Below, piece by piece: positions 11,426-26,500 of a stretch of DNA of 64,000 nt. Both the position numbers and the translations under genes were made by a program. Position 1 is the stretch's first letter, and every line of letters begins with the position of its first letter. The notes below the pieces were generated by a model. It did not search any database. It was not told the DNA's origin and worked only from the letters and a program-made list of their open reading frames with translations. Source of the DNA: Auanema rhodensis (taxonomy: Eukaryota > Animalia > Nematoda); the NCBI GenBank assembly GCA_964057225.1, contig OZ059899.1, positions 19,034,001 through 19,098,000 on the forward strand, read 5' to 3'.

Positions 11426-13564
11426 ATTTTTCCAAAAAATTTCAAAATAATTTCGCAAAAAGTAGATGTTTTTAGATTCCTTTTTTCAAGGCAAAGACGA
11501 TGGACAATGTTATTCAACGAAAAAATTAATTCTCCAGGGTGAAAATCGAGGATGTAAGTGTGAACTTATATCAGTTGATATCTCGGTGCATTTTTAAGCT
11601 AGCGCAAATCTGATAACACAGATCGACGCAGCTTAAAAAGCCGCATCGAAAGCACTATACAACATTGAGAAACGCATAATACAAAAATTAGTTATGATCG
11701 TTTGAAAAATGATGCATTAGTGTATGTTGAGTTTCCATGTACACTCAACATTGCTTCCAAAAACATTTTTACAAAAATTTTTCCGAAAAATTTCGGAACA
11801 ATTTCGCAAAAAGTAGATGTTTTTAGATTCCTTTTTTTAAGGCAAAGACGATGGACATTGTTATTCAACGAAAAAATTAATTCTGCAGGGTGAAAATCGA
11901 GGATATAAGTGTGAACTTATATCAGTTGATATCTCGGTGCATTTTTAAGCTAGCGCAAATCTGATAACACAGATCGACGCAGCTTAAAAATCCGCATCGA
12001 ATGCACTATACTACATTGAGAAACGCTCAATACAAAAATAAGTTATGATCGTTTGAAAAATGATGCATTAGTGTATGTTGAGTTTCCATGTACACTCAAC
12101 ATTGCTTCCAAAAACATTTTGACAAAAATTTTTCCGAAAAATTTCAAAAAAATTTCGCAAAAAGTAGATGTTTTTAGATTCCTTTTTTCAAGGCAAAGAC
12201 GATGGACATTGTTATTCAACGAAAAAATTAATTCTGCAGGGTGTAAATCGAGGATATAAGTGTGAACTTATATCAGTTGATATCTCGGTGAATTTTTAAG
12301 CTAGCGCAAATCTGATAAAACAGATCGACGCAGTTTAAAAATCCGCATCGAATGCACTATACAACATTGAGAAACGCTTAATACAAAAATTAGTTATGAT
12401 CGTTTGAAAAAAGATGCATTAGTGTATGTTGAGTTTCCATGTACACTCAACATTGCTTCCAAAAACATTTTGACAAAAATTTTTCCGAAAAATTTCAAAA
12501 TAATTTCGCAAAAAATAGAAGTTTTTAGATTCCTTTTTTCAAGGCAAAGACGATGGACAATGTTATTCAACGAAAAAATTATTTCTGCAGGGTGAAAATC
12601 GAGGATATAAGTGTGAACTTATATCAGTTGATATCTCGGTGCATTTTTGAGCTAGCGCAAATCTGATAAGACAGATCGACGCAGCTTAAAAATCCGCATC
12701 GAATGCACTATACAACATTGAGAAACGCATAATACAAAAATTAGTTATGGTCGTTTGAAAAATGATGCATTAGTGTATGTTGAGTTTCCATGTACACTCA
12801 ACATTGCTTCCAAAAACATTTTGACAAAAATTTTTCCGAAAAATTTCAAAACAATTTCGCAAAAAGTAGATGTTTTTAGATTCCTTTTTTCAAGGCAAAG
12901 ACGATGGACAATGTTATTCAACGAAAAAATTAATTCTCCAGGGTGAAAATCGAGGATGTAAGTGTGAACTTATATCAGTTGATATCTCGGTGCATTTTTA
13001 AGCTAGCGCAAATCTGATAACACAGATCGACGCAGCTTAAAAATCCGCATCGAATGCACTATACAACATTGAGAAACGCTTAATACAAAAATTAGTTATG
13101 ATCGTTTGAAAAATGATGCATTAGTGTATGTTGAGTTTCCATGTACACTCAACATTGCTTCCAAAAACATTTTGACAAAAATTTTTCCAAAAAATTTCAA
13201 AATAATTTCGCAAAAAGTAGATGTTTTTAGATTCCTTTTTTCAAGGCAAAGACGATGGACAATGTTATTCAACGAAAAAATTAATTCTCCAGGGTGAAAA
13301 TCGAGGATGTAAGTGTGAACTTATATCAGTTGATATCTCGGTGAATTTTTAAGCTAGCGCAAATCTGATAAAACAGATCGACGCAGTTTAAAAATCCGCA
13401 TCGAATGCACTATACAACATTGAGAAACGCTTAATACAAAAATTAGTTATGATCGTTTGAAAAAAGATGCATTAGTGTATGTTGAGTTTCCATGTACACT
13501 CAACATTGCTTCCAAAAACATTTTGACAAAAATTTTTCCGAAAAATTTCAAAATAATTTCGCAA

Positions 13565-16500
13565 AAAATAGAAGTTTTTAGATTCCTTTTTTTAAGGCAA
13601 AGACGATGGACAATGTTATTCAACGAAAAAATTAATTCTGCAGAGTGAAAATCGAGGATATAAGTGTAAACTTATATCAGTTGATATCTCGGTGCATTTT
13701 TGAGCTAGCGCAAATCTGATAAGACAGATCGACGCAGCTTAAAAAGCCGCATCGTAAGCACTATACAACATTGAGAAACGCATAATACAAAAATTAGTTA
13801 TGATCGTTTGAAAAATGATGCATTAGTGTATGTTGAGTTTCCATGTACACTCAACATTGCTTCCAAAAACATTTTTACAAAACTTTTTCCGAACAATTTC
13901 GAAACAATTTCGCAAAAAGTAGATGTTTTTAGATTCCTTTTTTCAAGGCAAAGACGATGGACAATGTTATTCAACGAAAAAATTAATTCTCCAGGGTGAA
14001 AATCGAAGATGTAAGTGTGAACTTATATCAGTTGATATCTCGGTGCATTTTTAAGCTAGCGCAAATCTGATAACACAGATCGACGCAGCTTAACAATCCG
14101 CATCGAATGCACTATACAACATTGAGAAACGCTTAATACAAAAATTAGTTATGATCGTTTGAAAAATGATGCATTAGTGTATGTTGAGTTTCCATGTACA
14201 CTCAACATTGCTTCCAAAAACATTTTGACAAAAATTTTTCCAAAAAATTTCAAAATAATTTCGCAAAAAGTAGATGTTTTTAGATTCCTTTTTTCAAGGC
14301 AAAGACGATGGACAATGTTATTCAACGAAAAAATTAATTCTCCAGGGTGAAAATCGAGGATGTAAGTGTGAACTTATATCAGTTGATATCTCGGTGCATT
14401 TTTAAGCTAGCGCAAATCTGATAACACAGATCGACGCAGCTTAAAAAGCCGCATCGAAAGCACTATACAACATTGAGAAACGCATAATACAAAAATAAGT
14501 TATGATCGTTTGAAAAATGATGCATTAGTGTATGTTGAGTTTCCATGTACACTCAACATTGCTTCCAAAAACATTTTGACAAAAATTTTTCCGAAAAATT
14601 TCAAAAAAATTTCGCAAAAAGTAGATGTTTTTAGATTCCTTTTTTCAAGGCAAAGACGATGGACAATGTTATTCAACGAAAAAATTAATTCTCCAGGGTG
14701 AAAATCGAGGATGTAAGTGTGAACTTATATCAGTTGATATCTCGGTGCATTTTTAAGCTAGCGCAAATCTGATAACACAGATCGACGCAGCTTAAAAATC
14801 CGCATCGAATGCACTATACAACATTGAGAAACGCTTGATACAAAAATTAGTTATGATCGTTTGAAAAAAGATGCATTAGTGTATGTTGAGTTTCCATGTA
14901 CACTCAACATTGCTTCCAAAAACATTTTGACAAAAATTTTTTCGAAAAATTTCAGAATATTTTAGCAAAAAATAGTTGTTTTTAGATTCCTTTTCTCAAG
15001 GCAAAGACGATGGACAATGTTATTCAACGAAAAAATTAATTCTGCAGAGTGAAAATCGAGGATATAAGTGTAAACTTATATCAGTTGATATCTCGGTGCA
15101 TTTTTGAGCTAGCGCAAATCTGATAAGACAGATCGACGCAGCTTAAAAAGCCGCATCGAAAGCACTATACAACATTGAGAAACGCATAATACAAAAATTA
15201 GTTATGATCGTTTGAAAAATGATGCATTAGTGTATGTTGAGTTTCCATGTACACTCAACATTGCTTCCAAAAACATTTTGACAAAAATTTTTCCGAAAAA
15301 TTTCAAAACAATTTCGCGAAAAGTAGATGTTTTTAGATTCCTTTTTTCAAGGCAAAGACGATGGACAATGTTATTCAACGAAAAAATTAATTCTCCAGGG
15401 TGAAAATCGAGGATGTAAGTGTGAACTTATATCAGTTGATATCTCGGTGCATTTTTAAGCTAGCGCAAATCTGATAACACAGATCGACGCAGCTTAAAAA
15501 GCCGCATCGAAAGCACTATACAACATTAAGAAACGCATAATACAAAAATTAGTTATGGTCGTTTGAAAAATGATGCATTAGTGTATGTTGAGTTTCCATG
15601 TACACTCAACATTGCTTCCAAAAACATTTTGACAAAAATTTTTTCGAAAAATTTCAGAATATTTTAGCAAAAAATAGAAGTTTTTAGATTCCTTTTTTTA
15701 AGGCAAAGACGATGGACAATGTTATTCAACGAAAAAATTAATTCTGCAGAGTGAAAATCGAGGATATAAGTGTAAACTTATATCAGTTGATATCTCGGTG
15801 CATTTTTGAGCTAGCGCAAATCTGATAAGACAGATCGACGCAGCTTAAAAAGCCGCATCGTAAGCACTATACAACATTGAGAAACGCATAATACAAAAAT
15901 TAGTTATGATCGTTTGAAAAATGATGCATTAGTGTATGTTGAGTTTCCATGTACACTCAACATTGCTTCCAAAAACATTTTTACAAAACTTTTTCCGAAC
16001 AATTTCGAAACAATTTCGCAAAAAGTAGATGTTTTTAGATTCCTTTTTTCAAGGCAAAGACGATGGACAATGTTATTCAACGAAAAAATTAATTCTCCAG
16101 GGTGAAAATCGAAGATGTAAGTGTGAACTTATATCAGTTGATATCTCGGTGCATTTTTAAGCTAGCGCAAATCTGATAACACAGATCGACGCAGCTTAAA
16201 AATCCGCATCGAATGCACTATACAACATTGAGAAACGCTTAATACAAAAATTAGTTATGATCGTTTGAAAAATGATGCATTAGTGTATGTTGAGTTTCCA
16301 TGTACACTCAACATTGCTTCCAAAAACATTTTGACAAAAATTTTTCCAAAAAATTTCAAAATAATTTCGCAAAAAGTAGATGTTTTTAGATTCCTTTTTT
16401 CAAGGCAAAGACGATGGACAATGTTATTCAACGAAAAAATTAATTCTCCAGGGTGAAAATCGAGGATGTAAGTGTGAACTTATATCAGTTGATATCTCGG

Positions 16501-17625
16501 TGCATTTTTAAGCTAGCGCAAATCTGATAACACAGATCGACGCAGCTTAAAAAGCCGCATCGAAAGCACTATACAACATTGAGAAACGCATAATACAAAA
16601 ATTAGTTATGATCGTTTGAAAAATGATGCATTAGTGTATGTTGAGTTTCCATGTACACTCAACATTGCTTCCAAAAACATTTTGACAAAAATTTTTCCGA
16701 AAAATTTCAAAAAAATTTCGCAAAAAGTAGATGTTTTTAGATTCCTTTTTCCAAGGCAAAGACGATGGACAATGTTATTCAACGAAAAAATTAATTCTCC
16801 AGGGTGAAAATCGAGGATGTAAGTGTGAACTTATATCAGTTGATATCTCGGTGCATTTTTAAGCTAGCGCAAATCTGATAACACAGATCGACGCAGCTTA
16901 AAAATCCGCATCGAATGCACTATACAACATTGAGAAACGCTTGATACAAAAATTAGTTATGATCGTTTGAAAAAAGATGCATTAGTGTATGTTGAGTTTC
17001 CATGTACACTCAACATTGCTTCCAAAAACATTTTGACAAAAATTTTTTCGAAAAATTTCAGAATATTTTAGCAAAAAATAGTTGTTTTTAGATTCCTTTT
17101 CTCAAGGCAAAGACGATGGACAATGTTATTCAACGAAAAAATTAATTCTGCAGAGTGAAAATCGAGGATATAAGTGTAAACTTATATCAGTTGATATCTC
17201 GGTGCATTTTTGAGCTAGCGCAAATCTGATAAGACAGATCGACGCAGCTTAAAAAGCCGCATCGAAAGCACTATACAACATTGAGAAACGCATAATACAA
17301 AAATTAGTTATGATCGTTTGAAAAATGATGCATTAGTGTATGTTGAGTTTCCATGTACACTCAACATTGCTTCCAAAAACATTTTGACAAAAATTTTTCC
17401 GAAAAATTTCAAAACAATTTCGCAAAAAGTAGATGTTTTTAGATTCCTTTTTTCAAGGCAAAGACGATGGACAATGTTATTCAACGAAAAAATTAATTCT
17501 CCAGGGTGAAAATCGAGGATGTAAGTGTGAACTTATATCAGTTGATATCTCGGTGCATTTTTAAGCTAGCGCAAATCTGATAACACAGATCGACGCAGCT
17601 TAAAAAGCCGCATCGAAAGCACTAT
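13565..17625. repeat. Hexamer-offset duplication (2106 bp)
   Basis: The unique KLFPNNFET unit with gcatcgtaagc and gaagatgt occurs at 13808 and 15914. Following units 14159/16265, 14510/16616, 14861/16967 and 15212/17318 correspond. Confidence 0.88.
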
Positions 17626-20600
17626 ACAACATTGAGAAACGCATAATACAAAAATTAGTTATGATCGTTTGAAAAATGATGCATTAGTGTATGTTGAGTT
17701 TCCATGTACACTCAACATTGCTTCCAAAAACATTTTGACAAAAATTTTTCCGAAAAATTTCAAAAAAATTTCGCAAAAAGTAGATGTTTTTAGATTCCTT
17801 TTTTCAAGGCAAAGACGATGGACAATGTTATTCAACGAAAAAATTAATTCTCCAGGGTGAAAATCGAGGATGTAAGTGTGAACTTATATCAGTTGATATC
17901 TCGGTGCATTTTTAAGCTAGCGCAAATCTGATAACACAGATCGACGCAGCTTAAAAATCCGCATCGAGTGCATTATACTACATTGAGAAACGCTTAATAC
18001 AAAAATTAGTTATGATCGTTTGAAAAATGATGCATTAGTGTATGTTGAGTTTCCATGTACACTCAACATTGCTTCCAAAAACATTTTGACAAAAATTTTT
18101 CCGAAAAATTTCAAAACAATTTCGCAAAAAGTAGATGTTTTTAGATTCCTTTTTTCAAGGCAAAGACGATGGACAATGTTATTCAACGAAAAAATTAATT
18201 CTCCAGGGTGAAAATCGAGGATGTAAGTGTGAACTTATATCAGTTGATATCTCGGTGCATTTTTAAGCTAGCGCAAATCTGATAACACAGATCGACGCAG
18301 CTTAAAAAGCCGCATCGAAAGCACTATACAACATTGAGAAACGCATAATACAAAAATTAGTTATGATCGTTTGAAAAATGATGCATTAGTGTATGTTGAG
18401 TTTCCATGTACACTCAACATTGCTTCCAAAAACATTTTGACAAAAATTTTTCCGAAAAATTTCAAGAAAATTTCGCAAAAAGTAGATGTTTTTAGATTCC
18501 TTTTTTCAAGGCAAAGACGATGGACAATGTTATTCAACGAAAAAATTAATTCTCCAGGGTGAAAATCGAGGATGTAAGTGTGAACTTATATCAGTTGATA
18601 TCTCGGTGCATTTTTAAGCTAGCGCAAATCTGATAACACAGATCGACGCAGCTTAAAAATCCGCATCGAGTGCATTATACTACATTGAGAAACGCTTAAT
18701 ACAAAAATTAGTTATGATCGTTTGAAAAATGATGCATTAGTGTATGTTGAGTTTCCATGTACACTCAACATTGCTTCCAAAAACACTTTGACAAAAATTT
18801 TTCCGAAAAATTTCAAAACAATTTCGCAAAAAGTAGATGTTTTTAGATTCCTTTTTTCAAGGCAAAGACGATGGACAATGTTATTCAACGAAAAAATTAA
18901 TTCTCCAGGGTGAAAATCGAGGATGTAAGTGTGAACTTATATCAGTTGATATCTCGGTGCATTTTTAAGCTAGCGCAAATCTGATAACACAGATCGACGC
19001 AGCTTAAAAAGCCGCATCGAAAGCACTATACAACATTGAGAAACGCAAAATACAAAAATTAGTTATGATCGTTTGAAAAATGATGCATTAGTGTATGTTG
19101 AGTTTCCATGTACACTCAACATTGCTTCCAAAAACATTTTGACAAAAATTTTTCCGAAAAATTTCAAAAAAAGTTCGCAAAAAGTAGATGTTTTTAGATT
19201 CCTTTTTTCAAGGCAAAGACGATGGACAATGTTATTCAACGAAAAAATTAATTCTCCAGGGTGAAAATCGAGGATGTAAGTGTGAACTTATATCAGTTGA
19301 TATCTCGGTGCATTTTTAAGCTAGCGCAAATCTGATAACACAGATCGACGCAGCTTAAAAATCCGCATCGAATGCACTATACAACATTGAGAAACGCTTG
19401 ATACAAAAATTAGTTATGATCGTTTGAAAAAAGATGCATTAGTGTATGTTGAGTTTCCATGTACACTCAACATTGCTTCCAAAAACATTTTGACAAAAAT
19501 TTTTTCGAAAAATTTCAGAATATTTTAGCAAAAAATAGTTGTTTTTAGATTCCTTTTCTCAAGGCAAAGACGATGGACAATGTTATTCAACGAAAAAATT
19601 AATTCTGCAGAGTGAAAATCGAGGATATAAGTGTAAACTTATATCAGTTGATATCTCGGTGCATTTTTGAGCTAGCGCAAATCTGATAAGACAGATCGAC
19701 GCAGCTTAAAAAGCCGCATCGAAAGCACTATACAACATTGAGAAACGCATAATACAAAAATTAGTTATGATCGTTTGAAAAATGATGCATTAGTGTATGT
19801 TGAGTTTCCATGTACACTCAACATTGCTTCCAAAAACATTTTGACAAAAATTTTTCCGAAAAATTTCAAAACAATTTCGCAAAAAGTAGATGTTTTTAGA
19901 TTCCTTTTTTCAAGGCAAAGACGATGGACAATGTTATTCAACGAAAAAATTAATTCTCCAGGGTGAAAATCGAGGATGTAAGTGTGAACTTATATCAGTT
20001 GATATCTCGGTGCATTTTTAAGCTAGCGCAAATCTGATAACACAGATCGACGCAGCTTAAAAAGCCGCATCGAAAGCACTATACAACATTGAGAAACGCA
20101 TAATACAAAAATTAGTTATGATCGTTTGAAAAATGATGCATTAGTGTATGTTGAGTTTCCATGTACACTCAACATTGCTTCCAAAAACATTTTGACAAAA
20201 ATTTTTCCGAAAAATTTCAAAAAAATTTCGCAAAAAGTAGATGTTTTTAGATTCCTTTTTTCAAGGCAAAGACGATGGACAATGTTATTCAACGAAAAAA
20301 TTAATTCTCCAGGGTGAAAATCGAGGATGTAAGTGTGAACTTATATCAGTTGATATCTCGGTGCATTTTTAAGCTAGCGCAAATCTGATAACACAGATCG
20401 ACGCAGCTTAAAAATCCGCATCGAGTGCATTATACTACATTGAGAAACGCTTAATACAAAAATTAGTTATGATCGTTTGAAAAATGATGCATTAGTGTAT
20501 GTTGAGTTTCCATGTACACTCAACATTGCTTCCAAAAACATTTTGACAAAAATTTTTCCGAAAAATTTCAAAACAATTTCGCAAAAAGTAGATGTTTTTA

Positions 20601-21600
20601 GATTCCTTTTTTCAAGGCAAAGACGATGGACAATGTTATTCAACGAAAAAATTAATTCTCCAGGGTGAAAATCGAGGATGTAAGTGTGAACTTATATCAG
20701 TTGATATCTCGGTGCATTTTTAAGTTAGCGCAAATCTGATAACACAGATCGACGCAGCTTAAAAAGCCGCATCGAAAGCACTATACAACATTGAGAAACG
20801 CATAATACAAAAATTAGTTATGATCGTTTGAAAAATGATGCATTAGTGTATGTTGAGTTTCCATGTACACTCAACATTGCTTCCAAAAACATTTTGACAA
20901 AAATTTTTCCGAAAAATTTCAAAAAAATTTCGCAAAAAGTAGATGTTTTTAGATTCCTTTTTTCAAGGCAAAGACGATGGACAATGTTATTCAACGAAAA
21001 AATTAATTCTCCAGGGTGAAAATCGAGGATGTAAGTGTGAACTTATATCAGTTGATATCTCGGTGCATTTTTAAGCTAGCGCAAATCTGATAACACAGAT
21101 CGACGCAGCTTAAAAATCCGCATCGAGTGCATTATACTACATTGAGAAACGCTTAATACAAAAATTAGTTATGATCGTTTGAAAAATGATGCATTAGTGT
21201 ATGTTGAGTTTCCATGTACACTCAACATTGCTTCCAAAAACACTTTGACAAAAATTTTTCCGAAAAATTTCAAAACAATTTCGCAAAAAGTAGATGTTTT
21301 TAGATTCCTTTTTTCAAGGCAAAGACGATGGACAATGTTATTCAACGAAAAAATTAATTCTCCAGGGTGAAAATCGAGGATGTAAGTGTGAACTTATATC
21401 AGTTGATATCTCGGTGCATTTTTAAGCTAGCGCAAATCTGATAACACAGATCGACGCAGCTTAAAAAGCCGCATCGAAAGCACTATACAACATTGAGAAA
21501 CGCATAATACAAAAATTAGTTATGATCGTTTGAAAAATGATGCATTAGTGTATGTTGAGTTTCCATGTACACTCAACATTGCTTCCAAAAACATTTTGAC
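16800..21600. repeat. Heptamer duplication (2457 bp)
   Basis: Stop-variant units 16967/19424, then 17318/19775, 17669/20126, 18020/20477, and the rare aacactttg (NTL) variant at 18722/21179. Confidence 0.88.
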
Positions 21601-23599
21601 AAAAATTTTTCCGAAAAATTTCAGAACAATTTCGCAAAAAGTAGATGTTTTTAGATTCCTTTTTTCAAGGCAAAGACGATGGACAATGTTATTCAACGAA
21701 AAAATTAATTCTCCAGGGTGAAAATCGAGGATGTAAGTGTGAACTTATATCAGTTGATATCTCGGTGCATTTTTAAGCTAGCACAAATCTGATAACACAG
21801 ATCGACGCAGCTTAAAAATCCGCATCGAATGCACTATACAACATTGAGAAACGCTTAATACAAAAATTAGTTATGATCGTTTGAAAAATGATGCATTAGT
21901 GTATGTTGAGTTTCCATGTACACTCAACATTGCTTCCAAAAACATTTTGACAAAAATTTTTTCGAAAAATTTCAGAATATTTTAGCAAAAAATAGTTGTT
22001 TTTAGATTCCTTTTCTCAAGGCAAAGACGATGGACAATGTTATTCAACGAAAAAATTAATTCTGCAGGGTGAAAATCGAGGATATAAGTGTGAACTTATA
22101 TCAGTTGATATCTCGGTGCATTTTTAAGCTAGCGCAAATCTGATAACACAGATCGACGCAGCTTAAAAATCCGCATCGAATGCACTATACAACATTGAGA
22201 AACGCTTAATACAAAAATTAGTTATGATCGTTTGAAAAATGATGCATTAGTGTATGTTGAGTTTCCATGTACACTCAACATTGCTTCCAAAAACATTTTT
22301 ACAAAAATTTTTCCGAAAAATTTCGAAACAATTTCGCAAAAAGTAGATGTTTTTAGATTCCTTTTTTCAAGGCAAAGACGATGGACAATGTTATTCAACG
22401 AAAAAATTAATTCTCCAGGGTGAAAATCGAGGATGTAAGTGTGAACTTATATCAGTTGATATCTCGGTGCATTTTTAAGCTAGCGCAAATCTGATAACAC
22501 AGATCGACGCAGCTTAAAAAGCCGCATCGAAAGCACTATACAACATTGAGAAACGCATAATACAAAAATTAGTTATGATCGTTTGAAAAATGATGCATTA
22601 GTGTATGTTGAGTTTCCATGTACACTCAACATTGCTTCCAAAAACATTTTTACAAAAATTTTTCCGAAAAATTTCGAAACAATTTCGCAAAAAGTAGATG
22701 TTTTTAGATTCCTTTTTTCAAGGCAAAGACGATGGACAATGTTATTCAACGAAAAAATCAATTCTCCAGGGTGAAAATCGAGGATGTAAGTGTGAACTTA
22801 TATCAGTTGATATCTCGGTGCATTTTTAAGCTAGCGCAAATCTGATAGCACAGATCGACGCAGCTTGAAAATCCGCATCGAATGCACTATACAACATTGA
22901 GAAACGCTTAATACAAAAATTAGTTATGATCGTTTGAAAAATGATGCATTAGTGTATGTTGAGTTTCCATGTACACTCAACATTGCTTCCAAAAACATTT
23001 TGACAAAAATTTTTCCGAAAAATTTCAGAATAATTTCGCAAAAAGTAGATGTTTTTAGATTCCTTTTTTCAAGGCAAAGACGATGGACAATGTTATTCAA
23101 CGAAAAAATTAATTCTCCAGGGTGAAAATCGAGGATGTAAGTGTGAACTTATATCAGTTGATATCTCGGTGCATTTTTAAGCTAGCGCAAATCTGATAAC
23201 ACAGATCGACGCAGCTTAAAAATCCGCATCGAATGCACTATACAACATTGAGAAACGCTTAATACAAAAATTAGTTATGATCGTTTGAAAAATGATGCAT
23301 TAGTGTATGTTGAGTTTCCATGTACACTCAACATTGCTTCCAAAAACATTTTGACAAAAATTTTTCCGAAAAATTTCAAAATAATTTCGCAAAAAGTAGA
23401 TGTTTTTAGATTCTTTTTTTCAAGGCAAAGACGATGGACAATGTTATTCAACGAAAAAATTAATTCTCCAGGGTGAAAATCGAGGATGTAAGTGTGAACT
23501 TATATCAGTTGATATCTCGGTGCATTTTTAAGCTAGCGCAAATCTGATAACACAGATCGACGCAGCTTAAAAATCCGCATCGAATGCACTATACAACAT

Positions 23600-26500
23600 T
23601 GAGAAACGCTTAATACAAAAATTAGTTATGATCGTTTGAAAAAAGATGCATTAGTGTATGTTGAGTTTCCATGTACACTCAACATTGCTTCCAAAAACAT
23701 TTTGACAAAAATTTTTCCGAAAAATTTCAAAATAATTTCGCAAAAAATAGAAGTTTTTAGATTCCTTTTTTCAAGGCAAAGACGATGGACAATGTTATTC
23801 AACGAAAAAATTAATTCTGCAGAGTGAAAATCGAGGATATAAGTGTAAACTTATATCAGTTGATATCTCGGTGCATTTCTAAGCTAGCGCAAATCTGATA
23901 ACACAGATCGACGCAGCTTAAAAATCCGCATCGAATGCACTATACAACATTGAGAAACGCTTAATACAAAAATTAGTTATGATCGTTTGAAAAATGATGC
24001 ATTAGTGTATGTTGAGTTTCCATGTACACTCAACATTGCTTCCAAAAACATTTTGACAAAAATTTTTCCAAGAAATTTCAAAATAATTTCGCAAAAAGTA
24101 AATGTTTTTAGATTCCGTTTTTCAAGGCAAAGACGATGGACAATGTTATTCAACGAAAAAATTAATTCTGCAGAATGAAAATCGAGGATATAAGTGTGAA
24201 CTTATATCAGTTGATATCTCGGTGCATTTTTAAGCTAGCGCAAATCTGATAACACAGATCGACGCAGCTTAAAAATCCGCATCGAATGCACTATACAACA
24301 TTGAGAAACGCTTAATACAAAAATTAGTTATGATCGTTTGAAAAATGATGCATTAGTGTATGTTGAGTTTCCATGTACACTCAACATTGCTTCCAAAAAC
24401 ATTTTGACAAAAATTTTTTCGAAAAATTTCAGAATATTTTAGCAAAAAATAGTTGTTTTTAGATTCCTTTTCTCAAGGCAAAGACGATAGACAATGTTAT
24501 TCAACGAAAAAATTAATTCTGCAGGGTGAAAATCGAGGATATAAGTGTGAACTTATATCAGTTTATATCTCGGTGACTTTTTAAGCTAGCGCAAATCTGA
24601 TAAAACAGATCGACGCAGCTTAAAAATCCGCATCGAATGCACTATACAACATTGAGAAACGCTTAATACAAAAATTAGTTATGATCGTTTGAAAAAAGAT
24701 GCATTAGTGTATGTTGAGTTTCCATGTACACTCAACATTGCTTCCAAAAACATTTTGACAAAAATTTTTCCGAAAAATTTCAAAATAATTTCGCAAAAAA
24801 TAGAAGTTTTTAGATTCCTTTTTTCAAGGCAAAGACGATGGACAATGTTATTCAACGAAAAAATTAATTCTGCAGAGTGAAAATCGAGGATATAAGTGTA
24901 AACTTATATCAGTTGATATCTCGGTGCATTTCTAAGCTAGCGCAAATCTGATAACACAGATCGACGCAGCTTAAAAATCCGCATCGAATGCACTATACAA
25001 CATTGAGAAACGCTTAATACAAAAATTAGTTATGATCGTTTGAAAAATGATGCATTAGTGTATGTTGAGTTTCCATGTACACTCAACATTGCTTCCAAAA
25101 ACATTTTGACAAAAATTTTTCCAAGAAATTTCAAAATAATTTCGCAAAAAGTAAATGTTTTTAGATTCCGTTTTTCAAGGCAAAGACGATGGACAATGTT
25201 ATTCAACGAAAAAATTAATTCTGCAGAATGAAAATCGAGGATATAAGTGTGAACTTATATCAGTTGATATCTCGGTGCATTTTTAAGCTAGCGCAAATCT
25301 GATAACACAGATCGACGCAGCTTAAAAATCCGCATCGAATGCACTATACAACATTGAGAAACGCTTAATACAAAAATTAGTTATGATCGTTTGAAAAATG
25401 ATGCATTAGTGTATGTTGAGTTTCCATGTACACTCAACATTGCTTCCAAAAACATTTTGACAAAAATTTTTTCGAAAAATTTCAGAATATTTTAGCAAAA
25501 AATAGTTGTTTTTAGATTCCTTTTCTCAAGGCAAAGACGATAGACAATGTTATTCAACGAAAAAATTAATTCTGCAGGGTGAAAATCGAGGATATAAGTG
25601 TGAACTTATATCAGTTGATATCTCGGTGACTTTTTAAGCTAGCGCAAATCTGATAAAACAGATCGACGCAGCTTAAAAATCCGCATCGAATGCACTATAC
25701 AACATTGAGAAACGCTTAATACAAAAATTAGTTATGATCGTTTGAAAAAAGATGCATTAGTGTATGTTGAGTTTCCATGTACACTCAACATTGCTTCCAA
25801 AAACATTTTGACAAAAATTTTTCCAAAAAATTTCAAAATAATTTCGCAAAAAGTAAATGTTTTTAGATTCCGTTTTTCAAGGCAAAGACGATGGACAATG
25901 TTATTCAACGAAAAAATTAATTCTGCAGAGTGAAAATCGAGGATATAAGTGTAAACTTATATCAGTTGATATCTCGGTGCATTTTTAAGCTAGCGCAAAT
26001 CTGATAACACAGATCGACGCAGCTTAAAAATCCGCATCGAATGCACTATACAACATTGAGAAACGCTTAATACAAAAATTAGTTATGATCGTTTGAAAAA
26101 TGATGCATTAGTGTATGTTGAGTTTCCATGTACACTCAACATTGCTTCCAAAAACATTTTGACAAAAATTTTTCCGAAAAATTTCAAAATAATTTCGCAA
26201 AAAGTAGATGTTTTTAGATTCCTTTTTTCAAGGCAAAGACGATGGACAATGTTATTCAACGAAAAAATTAATTCTCCAGGGTGAAAATCGAGGATGTAAG
26301 TGTGAACTTATATCAGTTGATATCTCGGTGCATTTTTAAGCTAGCGCAAATCTGATAACACAGATCGACGCAGCTTAAAAATCCGCATCGAATGCACTAT
26401 ACAACATTGAGAAACGCTTAATACAAAAATTAGTTATGATCGTTTGAAAAATGATGCATTAGTGTATGTTGAGTTTCCATGTACACTCAACATTGCTTCC

